A DNA stretch of 64,000 bases from Mobula hypostoma (lineage: Eukaryota). The stretch lies in assembly GCF_963921235.1 (NCBI RefSeq), contig NC_086126.1:17732001-17796000 (forward strand), written 5' to 3'. The notes below the pieces were generated by a model that was given only the letters and a program-made list of their open reading frames with translations, ran no database searches and had not been told where the DNA came from. Numbering within the stretch: position 1 is the stretch's first letter; the number at the start of each line of letters is the position of its first letter. The translations under genes were made by a program, and so were the position numbers. Positions 1 to 11,899 of the stretch are shown here, one piece after another.

Positions 1-32
1 CCCACCACAGTAGTAAGGTACCTAACCAATAT

Positions 33-160
33 CAGTCCAGACGAAGGGCACCGGTCGGAAACGTTGACTGTTTACTCTTTTTCATCGATGTTGTCTGGTC
101 TGCTGAGTTCCTTCAGCAGTTTGTGTGTGTTGCTTGGATTTCCAGCATCTGCAGATTTCT
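33..160 (+). mobile_element. PLE-derived 3' repeat with degenerate hammerhead motif (33-70)
   Basis: cagtc-cagacga-agggcaccggtcg-gaa-acgt-t-gactg, then gctgagttccttcagca...ttccagcatctgcaga as at the PLE 3' end (24965-25060). Confidence 0.7.
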
Positions 161-179
161 CCTAAATTCCTTCAGAGTG

Positions 180-780
180 TAAACACAGGTAGGCAGGACG
201 GTGAAGAAGGTGTTCGCCACACTCGCATTCATCGGTTCGAGTATCGGGCCCTGGACTGTGACGTCACATTACAGCTCTACCAGCCTCGGGGAAACTACTC
301 TTGGAGCACGGAGTACAGTTATAGTTGCCCTGGGATCAGAGGGTGACATTAAACTTTAGAGGGTGCAAAAGGGATTTAACAGGAGGCTGGATAGGCCAGG
401 ACTTTTCTCACCAGAGTGTATGTGACGTTAGAGAGGTGAGAAAATAATGGCAGTCATAGATACGGTCAATAGTGAATCTGTTATCTCCAGGGCCATGGAG
501 TTGAAAGCTGGAGATTACAGGTATAAAGTGAGAGAGGGAAGTTTTAAATGGGACCCTGAGGATCAGGTTTTGTACACAGAATGTGTTGTTTACATGGAAC
601 AAACTACCCCAAGTGGTGGTATAGGTGGGCACAGTTGCAATATCTCTTGGACTGTGGAGAGGGAAGTTTCACAGGGACATGGGCCAAATGCAGGCGACTG
701 ACAATGGTTTTGTTTGGCCACTTGGTCAGCATGGATGTGTTGGGCTGAAGGGCCTGTTTCTGTGCTGCATAACTCAGTGA
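180..780 (+). mobile_element. Degenerate CR1 LINE 3' fragment with 3' UTR tail
   Basis: Decayed RT C-terminal motifs (LQLY..L....LE...QF, F.TE.VV..WN.LP) followed by a gggctgaagggcctgtttctgtgctg tail that recurs at other CR1 ends in the window. Confidence 0.7.
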
Positions 781-1012
781 CTATGTCTGCTGCTGTGGCA
801 GAGCGGGAGGGACAGTGTCAGTAGTGAGAAGGTTTGGGGGATGTAGACAGGAGAGTGGATGGTTGAGGATGTGGCAGATGGAACAGAATGTGGGGAAATG
901 TGCGATCACCCATTCCCAGGAACAAACTATAAGAGTCATTTCCACACGGGGATGTTCAGAGGGACCTGGGCGTCCTTGTAAACAAATGCAGATACAACAA
1001 GTAATGAGATAG

Positions 1013-2770
1013 GGAAACAGTATTTTGTCCTGTGATCCAGGAGGAGTGGAGAAGAGGGTACAGATGTCTCACTGGGATTATATAGGACCCTGGTGAGAGC
1101 ACACCTTGAATACCGTGTCCAGGTTTGGTCACACTTCCTCAGGAAGGATATCCCTGCAATAGAGGGAGCGCAGTGACTGTTCCCCACACTGACTGGGCTG
1201 GTTCCAGGGATGGAAGGTTGGTTATGTGAGAGTAGAGTGTGTGGGCTGGGTCTGTATTCCCTGCAGTTAATGAGAAAACAAGGAAATCTGTTAGATTCTT
1301 TCAGGATGTGACAGGCAGTCGGCAAGGAGAATGTTTCACCTGAATGAGAACTCCATAACTGAGGAAAATACCCTCAGAATGAGGTGTAAATCAGAAACAC
1401 GAGACGATCTGCTGATGCTGGAAATCCAAAGCAACAGACACAAAATACTGGAGGAACTCAGCAGAACAGAAAGAGTAAAGAGTTGACACTTCAGGCCGAG
1501 ACCCTTCCATCAGATCTCAGCGTGAAGGTGCTCAGCCTGAAGCATCGACTCGCTACCCTTTCCCATTGATGCTGCCTGGCCTGCTGACTTCCTCCAGCAT
1601 TTTGTGTCTGTTGCTCAGAATGAGGTGACAAGCATTCAGGATGGAAATGAGATGATATTACTTTAATCAAAGAACAAAGAACTTCTGTATTCCTTATATA
1701 AGTGATGTGGAGCCTCAGGTGCTGGGTTGAGTTAAAGCTGAGATCATTGTTCTCTGGGAGAGTTTTACTCATAAGACCATAAGATATAGGAGCAGAATTC
1801 GGCCATTTTGCCTGTCAAGCCTTCTCTGGCATTCCCTTGTATCCCTTTGTGCCCTGACCAATTAAGAATCTATCAATCTCTGCCTATACCCAGTGATTTG
1901 GCTTCCACAGCTGCCTGTGGCAAAAAAAAATCACAGATTCACCACTCTCTGGCTGAAGAAATTCCTCCTCATCTCCATTCTGAAAGGATGCCCCTCTATT
2001 TTGAAGCTGTGTGGTCCAGTTTTAGACACTCCCACCACAGGAAAAACCCTCTCCACATCAGCTCAATCAAGCCCTTTCACTATTTGATAGGTTTCAATTT
2101 GGTAACCCTTCTTTCTGCTAGGTTCCAGTGAATAGAGGCCCAGAGCCATGAAACTCTCTTCAGTAGACAAGCAATTTAATCGTGAGTAAAATTCTCCATT
2201 TGTGATGTCATGTGAGCAGAAAAAATCCTGGATTTCAGAGATGTTTGCATTTTGGAATTATGGACCAATCTGCACAATCCTAATTACTACTTTGTACTGC
2301 AGTAAACACTGTTTATCCATGCAATCACAGGCACACAGATGCAAAATAAAGACAGGTGTAAATTTAAAGTAGGGAAGTTGAACCTTACTTGGAGGTAAAG
2401 CCTGATAACTAGGCCTCAGAACATTCGATTACCCAAATGATCAAAATAAAGCCAAGTAACAAGGTCCAAAATACCCACAACATGCAGAATTACATGCCTC
2501 TCGTTATGTTAGTCCATGGGATAAACCCTGGCTGGGTAGCCTGGGTGAGGATGTCTCATGATTGGAGACCCGAAACACCCAATGACCCTGAATAATATTA
2601 CTCATGATGTGTCCCTTTGAACACCCAGTTCATTAAGCCAAGTAGTGTCAGGCCACATTAATGAAGGCATGGGCCAGATTGAAGTGGCTACACTACACTA
2701 CCCTATCCACCATAGCCCAACATATCTCACCATACTAAACTCTACAGCCTTATCTCTCCCAGCCCCGCAT
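1013..2770 (+). repeat. Direct tandem segmental duplication, copy 1 (CR1 fragments plus fold-back element)
   Basis: Colinear high similarity to 3211-5050, starting aaacagtattttgtcctgtgatccaggagga. Confidence 0.9.
1387..1613. mobile_element. Fold-back (inverted) PLE-derived element with two back-to-back degenerate hammerhead motifs
   Basis: Arms are reverse complements; 14-bp TSD ctcagaatgaggtg at 1373-1386 and 1614-1627; interrupts a CR1 fragment. Confidence 0.8.
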
Positions 2771-3210
2771 ATACAACCACCAGCCCCACCCTCAAACCTA
2801 ATCCTAAAGTCCAAGGGGGCACACACCCCAATTAACCCAGGGCACACCCCCACAAACCCGATGACTAGTGTAAGGAGGAGGAAGATCCAATAAAGGCAAG
2901 TGTTGGACCTGGTTAATGAAGGCATGGGCCAGATCAAAGTGGCAGCGTTGTGTGACACTGAATCCAGAGTGACGAGATGAAGAAGCACAAGAAGGATGAT
3001 TCTCCCACTGACCGTATAATCAGTTTGTTATTTTGATTTTGTTCTGATAGTCTTCTGACTCTTTGAATATTTTGGTATAATTCATATTAGGCCTGTACTG
3101 TGCTGTACTGTTCTATGTTCTATTTACATGGGAGGCAGGGTTTGAGGGTCGGCACAACATTGTGGGCCGAAGGGCCTGTACTGTGCTGTACTATTCTATG
3201 TTCTATGTTC

Positions 3211-5050
3211 AAACAGTATTTTGTCCTGTGATCCAGGAGGATTGGACAAGAGGGGTACAGATGTCTCACTGGGATTATATAGGGGCCCTGGTGAGAGCAC
3301 ACCTTGAGTATCGTGTCCAGGTTTGGTCACAGTACCTCAGGAAAGATATCCCTGCAATAGAGGGAGTGTAGTGACTGTTCCCCACACTGACTGGGCTGGT
3401 TCCAGGGATGGAAGGTTGGTTATGTGACAGGAGAGTGAGTGGGCTCGCTCTGTATTCCCTGCAGTTCATGAGAAAACAAGGAAATCTGTTACATTCTTTC
3501 ATGATGTGACAGACAGTAGACAAGGAGGATCTTTCCCCTGAATGAGAACTCCATAACTGAGGAAAATACCTTCAGAATGAGGCCTAAATCACAAACACAA
3601 GAGAATCTGCTGACGCTGGAAATCCAAAGCAACACACACAAAATGCGGGAGGAACTCAGCAGGACAGGCAGAACTTATGGAAAAGAGTAAACAGTCAACA
3701 CTTCGGGCTGAAACCCTTCATGAGTTCCTGCCCTGGTGAAGCTTCTCAGCCCGAAGCATCGACTCGTTACCCTTTCCCATAGATGCTGCCTGGCCTGCTG
3801 ACTTCCTCCAGCATTTTGTGTCTGTTGCTCAGAATGAGGTGACTAACATTCAGGATGGAAATGAGATGATATTTCTTTAATCAGAGAACAAAGAACTTCT
3901 GTATTCCTTATATAAGTAATGTGGAGCCTCAGGTGCTGGGTTGAGTCAAAGCTGAGATCAACAGTCTCTGAGAGAGTTTCAGTCACTAAGTGAGTCCATA
4001 TGACCATAAGATACAGGAGTAGAATTCGGCCATTTTGCCTGTCGAGCCTTCTCTGGCATTTCATCATCACAGATCAATTTTTCCTCTTATCCCCAATCCC
4101 CTGCCTTCCCTTGTATCCCTTCACGCCCTGACCAATTAAGAATCTATCAATCTCTGCCTATACCCAGTGATTTGGCCTCCACAGCTGCCTGTGGCAAAAA
4201 AAAAATCACAGATTCACCACTCTCTGGCTGAAGAAATTCCTCCTCATCTCCATTCTAAAAGGAGGCCCCTCTATTTTGAACCTGTGTGGTCCAGTTTTAG
4301 ATATTCCCACCACAGGAGAAACCCTCTCCACGGGCACTCAGTTAAGGCTTTTCACTATTTGTTGGGTTTCAATTTGGTAACCCTTCTTTCTTTGAAGTTC
4401 CAGTGAGCTGTGAAACTCTCTTCATTAGACAAGCCATATAACCCTGAGTAAAATTCTCCATTTGTGACATCATGTCAGCACAAAAAATTCTGGATTTCAA
4501 AGATTTTTGCATTTTGGAATTATCGACCAATCTGCACAACCCTAATCACTACTTTGTACTGCAGTAAACACTGTTAATCCATGAAGTCCCAGGCATACAG
4601 ATGCAAAATAAACACAGGTGTAAATTTAAAGTACGGAGGTTGAACCTTACTTGGAGGTAAAGCCTGATTACTAGGCCTCAGAACATTCTACTCCCCAAGT
4701 GGTCAAAATAAAGCCAAGTAACAAGGTTTAAAATACCCACAACATGCAGAATTACATGCCTCTCATTATCTTGGTCCATGGAATAAACAGAAGCCGTGGC
4801 TGATTAACCCTGGCTGGGTTGGCTGGGCGAGGATGTCTCATGATTAAAGACCCGAAACACCCAATGACCCTAAGTTGTATCACCAATGATGTGTCCCTTT
4901 GCACACCCAGTTCATTAAGCCAGGTTGTGTCAGGTCACGTTAATGAAAGGCATGGGCCAGATTAAAGTGACTCCACTACACTACCCTATCCACCATAGTC
5001 CCACCTATCTCACCATACTAAACTCTGCAGCCTTATCTCTCCTAGCCCAC
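3211..5050 (+). repeat. Direct tandem segmental duplication, copy 2
   Basis: Matches 1013-2770, including the nested inserts. Confidence 0.9.
3585..3827. mobile_element. Fold-back PLE-derived element (duplicate of 1387-1613)
   Basis: Inverted arms; hammerhead-like motifs on - (3692-3725) and + (3733-3765); flanks tcagaatgagg. Confidence 0.8.
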
Positions 5051-5339
5051 ATGAACTGTACATTTCACCTGTACATAAATAAACTCGATTTGAACTTTAC
5101 ATTGAAATGTCCAAATCTCTCCTTCACTCTCCTGAAGCCCTATGTCATGAACTGAACGTCTCAGTGTTTAATTTTTACAAAATTTCATCTGATTTTATTT
5201 AATTCTGCGTTTGAAATTTGCGTTTCTCTTTTCAATCTCAGCCCGCACCCCGGCCTGTCTCTGCCCTTCAGTACTTCCTCCCGCATCAAACGACAGCGGT
5301 AAACCCCGCCCATTGGCGCCGCCTCCCATCCCCCAGCGT

Positions 5340-5431
5340 TCCGATTGGTGACTCATTTCTCCAAACAGCCAATGGAAATGCTCAGAATTCCCATCCTCAT
5401 TAACATCCCGCTTTGGGCGCTGCCTATTTAA
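5340..5431 (+). promoter_or_regulatory. H2B promoter (CCAAT boxes, variant octamer, TATA)
   Basis: gattgg about 5343, ccaat about 5369, ATTAACAT 5399-5406, tatttaa 5425-5431. Confidence 0.75.
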
Positions 5432-5483
5432 TCCGCGCTCCGAACAGCTTCTGCTCATTATTGTGTTTGAAACCGACGAGGAA

Positions 5484-5858
5484 ATGCCGGATCCAGCGAA
5501 ACCCGCTCCCAAGAAGGGCGCCAAGAAAGATTTGTCCAAACCAGCGAGCAAGACTGGCAAGAAGCGCAAGAGGTCGAGGAAGGAGACTTACGCCATCTAC
5601 ATCTACAAAGTGATGAAGCAGGTTCACCCCGACACCGGCATCTCCTCCAAGGCCATGAGCATCATGAATTCATTCGTCAACGATATTTTCGAGCGCATCG
5701 CGGGCGAGGCTTCCCGCCTGGCCCATTACAACAAGCGGTCAACCATCAGCTCCCGGGAGATCCAGACCGCCGTGCGCCTGCTGCTGCCCGGGGAGCTGGC
5801 CAAGCACGCCGTGTCCGAAGGGACAAAGGCGGTGACCAAGTACACCAGCTCCAAGTGA
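5484..5858 (+). CDS. H2B: Histone H2B (replication-dependent)
   Basis: [12 protein letters not shown]...[20 protein letters not shown]...[10 protein letters not shown]; true ATG at 5484; intronless. Confidence 0.98.
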   Translation: MPDPAKPAPKKGAKKDLSKPASKTGKKRKRSRKETYAIYIYKVMKQVHPDTGISSKAMSIMNSFVNDIFERIAGEASRLAHYNKRSTISSREIQTAVRLLLPGELAKHAVSEGTKAVTKYTSSK

Positions 5859-5895
5859 AGACAAGTTTACTGACGAAACAAACCGGAAAATCAAA

Positions 5896-5935
5896 GGCTC
5901 TTTTAAGAGCCACTCACGGCTTCATTAAAAGAGTT
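5896..5935 (+). terminator. Histone 3' stem-loop plus HDE (U7 site)
   Basis: ggctcttttaagagcc 5896-5911; aaaagagtt 5927-5935. Confidence 0.95.
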
Positions 5936-6459
5936 ATTTTTTGTTGATGAGATCATTCAGAATCTTATCTCCGTTAATCAGAACTTGCTGTCCACTGCTC
6001 AGTATAATCCCGATTTCTCTCTTATATTCCTGCCTACTGCACAGACACGGAATCGTTAGCACCCCTTCCTCATCATTTCCTCCCGGTCATCAGATTTCCC
6101 TGAAGAAGACACTAATTGTTTCTGGTTTAATGACCACGGGGAATGCGGTTCAGTAAGCTTTGTCCCATTTTAGTTACTTCTCTTAACCCCATTCCAACGC
6201 GAGAGCTGGACACTCACGGTTTGTTTAGAGTATTTGTTAAAGCTCCACTTTCTGAAGGGCGACCCGTTCACAATGGCCGACCGCGGACAGAAGTTGACAA
6301 TCGGTTTTATTCCAATCGTTTATCAATTGAAAGAAATCGGTGAACTAAATTCCCAGACACCATCGCAGTATTAACTACACTTGGTTTAAATATCTCGGAC
6401 TTCAGTAACGGGGGTAAAGGTTCGACAAACAAACCTGTTGTTTATTTTCAACAACAACG

Positions 6460-6670
6460 GCTTTTTTGGCGGTCTTTTGCAAATTTCAGTTTATTTCGGT
6501 CGTTAAACTGTTATTTTCCGCGCTTCTACCGTTGCTGTCTCTTGATTGGTGAATAAAGCAGCTCTCTGATTGGAATATTTGTTCTTTCCAATCAGAGAAG
6601 GCACCGTTTCACCAATCATAAACGTCGCACTACATTCCTCCAAACTCTATAAGAAAGGGCGATTGGGCGT
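6460..6670 (+). promoter_or_regulatory. Orphan H2A-type promoter (no downstream CDS)
   Basis: Colinear with 15903-16110: E2F-like tttggcgg and ttttccgcgc, two ATTGG plus two CCAAT, tataag 6648-6653. Confidence 0.8.
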
Positions 6671-6779
6671 ATTTATAGAAGCCTGATTTTTGATGGTGAA
6701 GACTCTAAGTTTATTTCTGATTTATCAAATTATCTGACGTTGTATATATTGAGGAAACCTGGTTGTTACCGCATTTAAA

Positions 6780-8620
6780 TTCTTCCTTCTAGGATTAAAT
6801 TGTAATTAGGCATGATAGATTAGTTGGTACAGGAAGTGGTGTTGCAAGTTTTATAAAGAGTTGTGGATGTAAATGAAATGTATGAGGCACTTGTAGAAGT
6901 ATTTGATTCAACAGGTAGGGACATTAAAGTGGTCTATTATTATAACCATTGTGGAAAGCTTTCGATTGATTTGTTGGACAGTATATGTAGCTCTAGCTCA
7001 CTAAGGGTTGTGTGGTGTAGGGATTTTAATACATACAGTTCACTGTGGGGTTGTTCTCAGAATGATGGCGATGGTTTGATTGTAGAAGAGTTTTAGATAG
7101 TTCACATCTTGTGTGTCTTACTGGTGGGAGAGTTGCGAGATTTGAAGTTCATAATAGTTCTGAAACTGCTGTAAATTGAACTTTAGTTTCAAACATTCAG
7201 GCTGCAGTAGATAAGTGGTATGTCATGGGAGATGAAGCATTGGGGAGTGATCATTTTCCTGTATTTATAAGCCTGGGTTTACATTTATATAGGGGACAGG
7301 AGGGCACTTATAGGAAGTGGAACTTTGGTAAAGCAATTTGGGAGAAGTTTGAATGTTTTTTATGGTGAGTGTCTGTCTGGGCTGAATGGTGAGGATGATG
7401 TGGATTTCTGCAAAGAAACGTTGTCACATTATTCATCAAATAGTGGTGGAAGAGAATCAATTTAAAAAGTGCATTAGTGGGAGAAAAGCTGTACCACGGT
7501 GGACGGAGGAGTGTGCAGAGGCAGTTACTGAGAGAAACGTGGCATTTCGGAAAGTTACGAAGTATCACTCTCCGCGTGATCATATTAAGTGTAACAGGTC
7601 CCAGGCCGCGGTGAGGAAAGTAATGAAGCTTGTGAAAAAGATTTACTGGAGGTCATATTGTGATAGTATTGGAAGGACTATTGAACTTGGAGATGTTTGG
7701 GGAATGACTAAGAAAATGGGGGTGTGGGATTCATAGGGTTCCGAATATTGATTAAAGAAGGTAATACAATTGTTACTGAAATGGAAAGCGTTTAGTTACT
7801 GGCTCGGTCATTTTCTGCAATTCATAATCAAAATAATGAAAAGACTAAACAATGTAAGGATAAGGTTTTAAGAGAATACCCCGATGTTTTGGAAACCAGC
7901 TGTAGCAGTGATAGCGATGTAGAGTTTTCTTTGTGTGAATTGAAGAAAGTTATTAATAGAACAGGTCAGGCGGCTCCAGGAAAGGATGATACTGTCATGG
8001 TCCCTTCTGGAAATCCCCCACTTTGCTAGTTACCTCAGCAATTGGGCCTCAATCCCCTCGTTGAATTTCCAATCATTCCCAGGTTCCACTAACTGCACAC
8101 ACCAGTTTTCCATCAGGAAATGCAGGATAAAGACACTGTGATCACAACAAGGAGCTGCCAGTTCATTGGTCAACTCTCATGTGAGTAAGTCTGATTCCTG
8201 AAGACTGTCAATTCTAAGTTCCGCATCGTTTCCTGGATACTCTACGTGACCCTTGTCTCTGTGTAAAGACTCTCCTGGATACCGGTTCCCCGTTCGCGGC
8301 TGTGCTAACACCTCACGACTCCGCCTCAACGCCTGTGTCCTGCACTTGGGTTCGTCCCCAGCCACATCCGTGCAACAGATAGATGTTATTGCATGTTTAA
8401 ACATATGGCCAATCTCTTGAGATAATATTACATTTCTGAATTATAATTGGAGTTCAGGCCATCTTCCCTCCTCATGAAAAATGGCAAATGTAGTGTCTAT
8501 TCTAAAACCTGGGAAACCCCTGTTGGATCCTTCTAGTTATAGACCAGTATCACTGACATCCTATTTGTGTAAACTTACAGAATGTATGGTAATAGTGTGG
8601 TTGAATTATATTTTGGAAAA
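6780..8620 (+). mobile_element. Degenerate I/Nimb-like LINE ORF2 fragment (APE endonuclease to start of RT)
   Basis: DFN..S.LWG, GSDHFP, KWNFGKA.W, RKAVPRW, APGKD, ILKPGK..DPSSYRPVSLTS.LCKL.E; stops and frameshifts. Confidence 0.75.
7993..8377 (+). mobile_element. Solo LTR inserted in the LINE
   Basis: Starts TGTCA, ends CAACA; flanks gatac/gatag (4/5 match); removing it restores APGKDD.CY.MFKH. Confidence 0.7.
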
Positions 8621-8771
8621 GGGAGGTGACGTGCTGTTGTTAACATACTGGATTAATTTGAGGGGCAAGTGCTGGTTCAACGCCATGTTTCAAAATCAGT
8701 CAATGATTTTTATGCAGAAAACTCCACAGCTACTTTAACACAGCAAGCTTCCACAAACAGTATACTCAATG

Positions 8772-9296
8772 GAGTTGTCAATCCATGGCCTCATACTGTC
8801 ACAATGAGGCCACACTCGGGTAGGAGGAACAACACCTTATATTCTGTCTGGGCAGCCTCCAACCTGATGGCATGAACATTGATTTCTTGATCTTCTGGTC
8901 CCCTCCCTCATCATTCCCAATCCCCCTTTCCCTCTTGTTGCCTGCCCATCGCCTCCCTCTGGTGTTCCTCCCAGCTTTTCATTCATCCATGGCCTCCTGT
9001 TCTCTCCTGTCAGATTCCCCCTTCTCCAGCCCTGTATCTCTTTCACCGATCAACCTCCCAGCTCTTTACTTCATCTCTCCCCCTCCCAGTTCCACCTGTC
9101 ACTTTGTGTTTCTCTCTTCCCCACCCCCACCTTTGAAATTTACTCCTCATTGTTTTTTCTCCAGTCCTGCTGAAGAATCTGACCCAAAACGTCAGCTGTA
9201 TTTTTATCCACATATGCTGCCTGGCCTGCAGAGTTTCTCCAGCGTGTTGTGTGTGTTCCTTGGATTTCCAGCATCTGCAGATTTTCTCCTGATTAT
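8772..9296 (+). mobile_element. PLE 3' end fragment (GIY-YIG C-terminus, pyrimidine tract, degenerate hammerhead 9162-9198)
   Basis: EEQHLIFCLGSLQPDGMNIDF matches 24700-24779; shared flanks tactcaatg. Confidence 0.8.
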
Positions 9297-9370
9297 TACT
9301 CAATGTCAACAGGCATTTTGTGTGACAACTGTCAAAGTCCCACTCACTTCGAAATGCAGATATGAAACTC

Positions 9371-9560
9371 GAGGTTCAGCAGATGCTGGGAATAAACTGT
9401 AAAATAACACACACAAAGTACTGTGGGAACTCAGCAGGTCAGGCAGCAGCTAAGCAGAGAAATACACGGTCTAGATAGGATGAAGTGTCTTGGCCCATAA
9501 TATCAACTATTTATTCCTCTCCATAGATGCTGCTGGGGCCACTGACTCCCTCCAGTATTT
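9371..9560. mobile_element. Fold-back PLE-derived element, old
   Basis: Inverted arms, decayed central hammerhead, degenerate flanks tgcagatatgaaact / tgcaaacataaact. Confidence 0.6.
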
Positions 9561-10379
9561 TGCAAACATAAACTTCTTTTTTCAGTCAATCAGTTTCCAA
9601 ATGTTGCTGAACTTTCATTTGCAGCCTCATCCTCCCGGTCTGATTCCCTCCTCCTACTCCACGTAAACTCGAGCCTCCATCACATCTGGAGCCCCAAAGC
9701 CCTCATTTGTGCTGACCCCTCTTGTTTCTGCTCCACCATTCTGCTGTCGTACTTTAGAGGAGAGTGTTGTATTGCAACAGCCCGGCAGTGTGAGGCACAG
9801 CCCTTTGAAATCAGTGAAAATGACACAAAACAATGACTAGAGCAGGACAGGAAGATTTTAACCATACAAGACTTCATCCTTGGTCCAGAGCTGTGAGGGA
9901 TGAGGAATATTTGGGACAAAACCCTCGTGAATTCATCTTCTGCAGTTTCCAGAAAGTTACAGATTTAATTCAAAGTAAACCTGTTCATTCACAGACTGGT
10001 GAGCAGTTGCAACCTGAATATTATAGGGTGAGTGAGTGGTGAACAGCAGGGATGGATTTGAAAGCTCTGGTGTGCAACAGGAATATGAGCAGGTACCAGA
10101 TGAACTGAGTGGCCTCTCTACTGTACATTAGCTGTGTGACAGGCAGGAAGCACCTGAGACACAGGATTTGAAATAGAACTGATTAATTTGTCACAGATCC
10201 ACAATATTAAACACCAGTGTTGTTTAAAACTAACATCAGCAGAACGAACCCTCCAATGCTCAGTGATCAGTTGCAATATCTGCAGAATCTGACATTAACA
10301 GTCTCACATGAACTTCCAACTAGATTCAGTCACCATGATGATTAAAATGTTCATATAGAGCTTATTTCAACTTCCTCCC

Positions 10380-11135
10380 TGATGTGAATTTGCCAGTGTT
10401 TCAGCAGGTGTGATGACTGAGTAAATTTCCTTACTGACACAAGACCGAAGTGTGTCCTCCACGTATTATAAACTCACTGGAGCCTCACAAAGTGGGTGAA
10501 CTGAATGAGTCTCCTCCCACACTCGGAGCAGGTGTGAAGCTGAACTGAGAGACCGACAACAGAGCCAAGTACAGCTGCTCACCGGTGTGATCTGCCTGGT
10601 GTTGTAATAGCTCATGTCACTGAATGAATCCCGTCCCACACAGGGAGCAGGTGAATGTCCTCTCCCCGTGTGATCTGCCTGGTGTTGTAATAGCTCATGT
10701 GACTGAATGAATCCCGTGCCACACAGGGAGCAGGTGAATGGCCTCTTCCCATGTGAACTTGCTGGTGTTATAAGAGCTCATGTGACTGAATCAATCCCGT
10801 CCCACAGCAGGTGAATGTCCTCTTCCCGTGTGAACCGGTTGGTGTATCTGTGGGTGCAGTGACCTGGTGAATCCCTTGCGGTGAATATCAGCTCACCAGT
10901 ATCGGTGAATATCAGCTCACCAGTATCAACACTGGCCATTTATCAGGTCAGATCAAGGACATGTCCACATATTGGGGTTCTCCTTGCAAAGACTGGTGTG
11001 CTGTCTTCTCAACCATCTCATCCTTCACATTCAATGGTTGGTAGCATTCAAATGTTGGGGAACTCACAAACACATGAGAACTGACACACTGTTGCGTTTG
11101 AGATTCTCAGACAGAAATTCTGTCTTTTTTGCCCT
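10380..11135 (-). pseudogene. C2H2 zinc-finger array pseudogene
   Basis: Minus strand gives GKFTQSSHLLKHWQIH and H.GERTFTCSLCGTGFIQ*HELLQHQADHTGE; about 83-bp finger repeats with stops and frameshifts; putative acceptor ttttacag near 11134. Confidence 0.8.
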
Positions 11136-11899
11136 GTAAAATGTTTGCAAAGAAGTTCAACAGGTGAAAGAGAATATATCTCAGTTGAGATTATTTTAGT
11201 TTTCATGTTGATGTCTGATGTCACACTGTTACAGTGAGGCTGAACACTGTCGGGAGGAACAACACCTGTAACTGGGCATAGTTCAGGCATAAGGACACAA
11301 CATCAAATTCTCTGTTTTCCTCTCTGCCCATCAAGCTGTGACTTGGCTCAGTGTGTCTCTCTCCATTAGTACAGCTTCACATTCTGGGTATCGCCCACAG
11401 ACCTATTAAGCACACAATACAAACAGAGCTGCTTTGTGAGAGTTTCTGCTGATTATGACCCTGCTGGCATTCGACGGTGGTTAACTCCGAGTTAGCAATG
11501 CCATTAACCCTCAAGAGAATGTGATCAGGCTTTCTGGGTGCAGATTGACACTGCGGTATTCCTGTGGTGTGAATGCTACTTGTACCCAGTGTGTTATTGT
11601 GGGTTTTTACAAATAAAATGGCATCAGGCATTTTATGTTTAAGGACAACTATAACAACTCATTTATTGTTCTCCAAACACAGAAACAAAGCACGGTTTAA
11701 AAAACAATCACCTAATTACATCATAACATCTGTCCAGCCTCTTAAAGAGAAACACAACTCAATGTTGGTGGTTGTTAATTCTGCGTGTTTCCACCCACTT
11801 CATTACCCTACACAGACACTCCCTTCCCCCCAAGTCCTCTCACTCTGTGATCTTTATAGCAGTTTATTTCATTTGAATGTCACTTGCAGGATGTTATGG

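Noticed and set aside
2520-2625. ctcatga...cccgaaacaccc resembling another hammerhead (duplicate near 4810-4900)
   Set aside because: Core is CUCAUGA in both copies and no stem I or NUH geometry can be built; more likely the 3' UTR relic of another non-LTR element
8872-9402. Hydrophobic Pro/Ser/Leu-rich ORFs (also 12423-12785)
   Set aside because: Translations of the pyrimidine-rich PLE 3' tract
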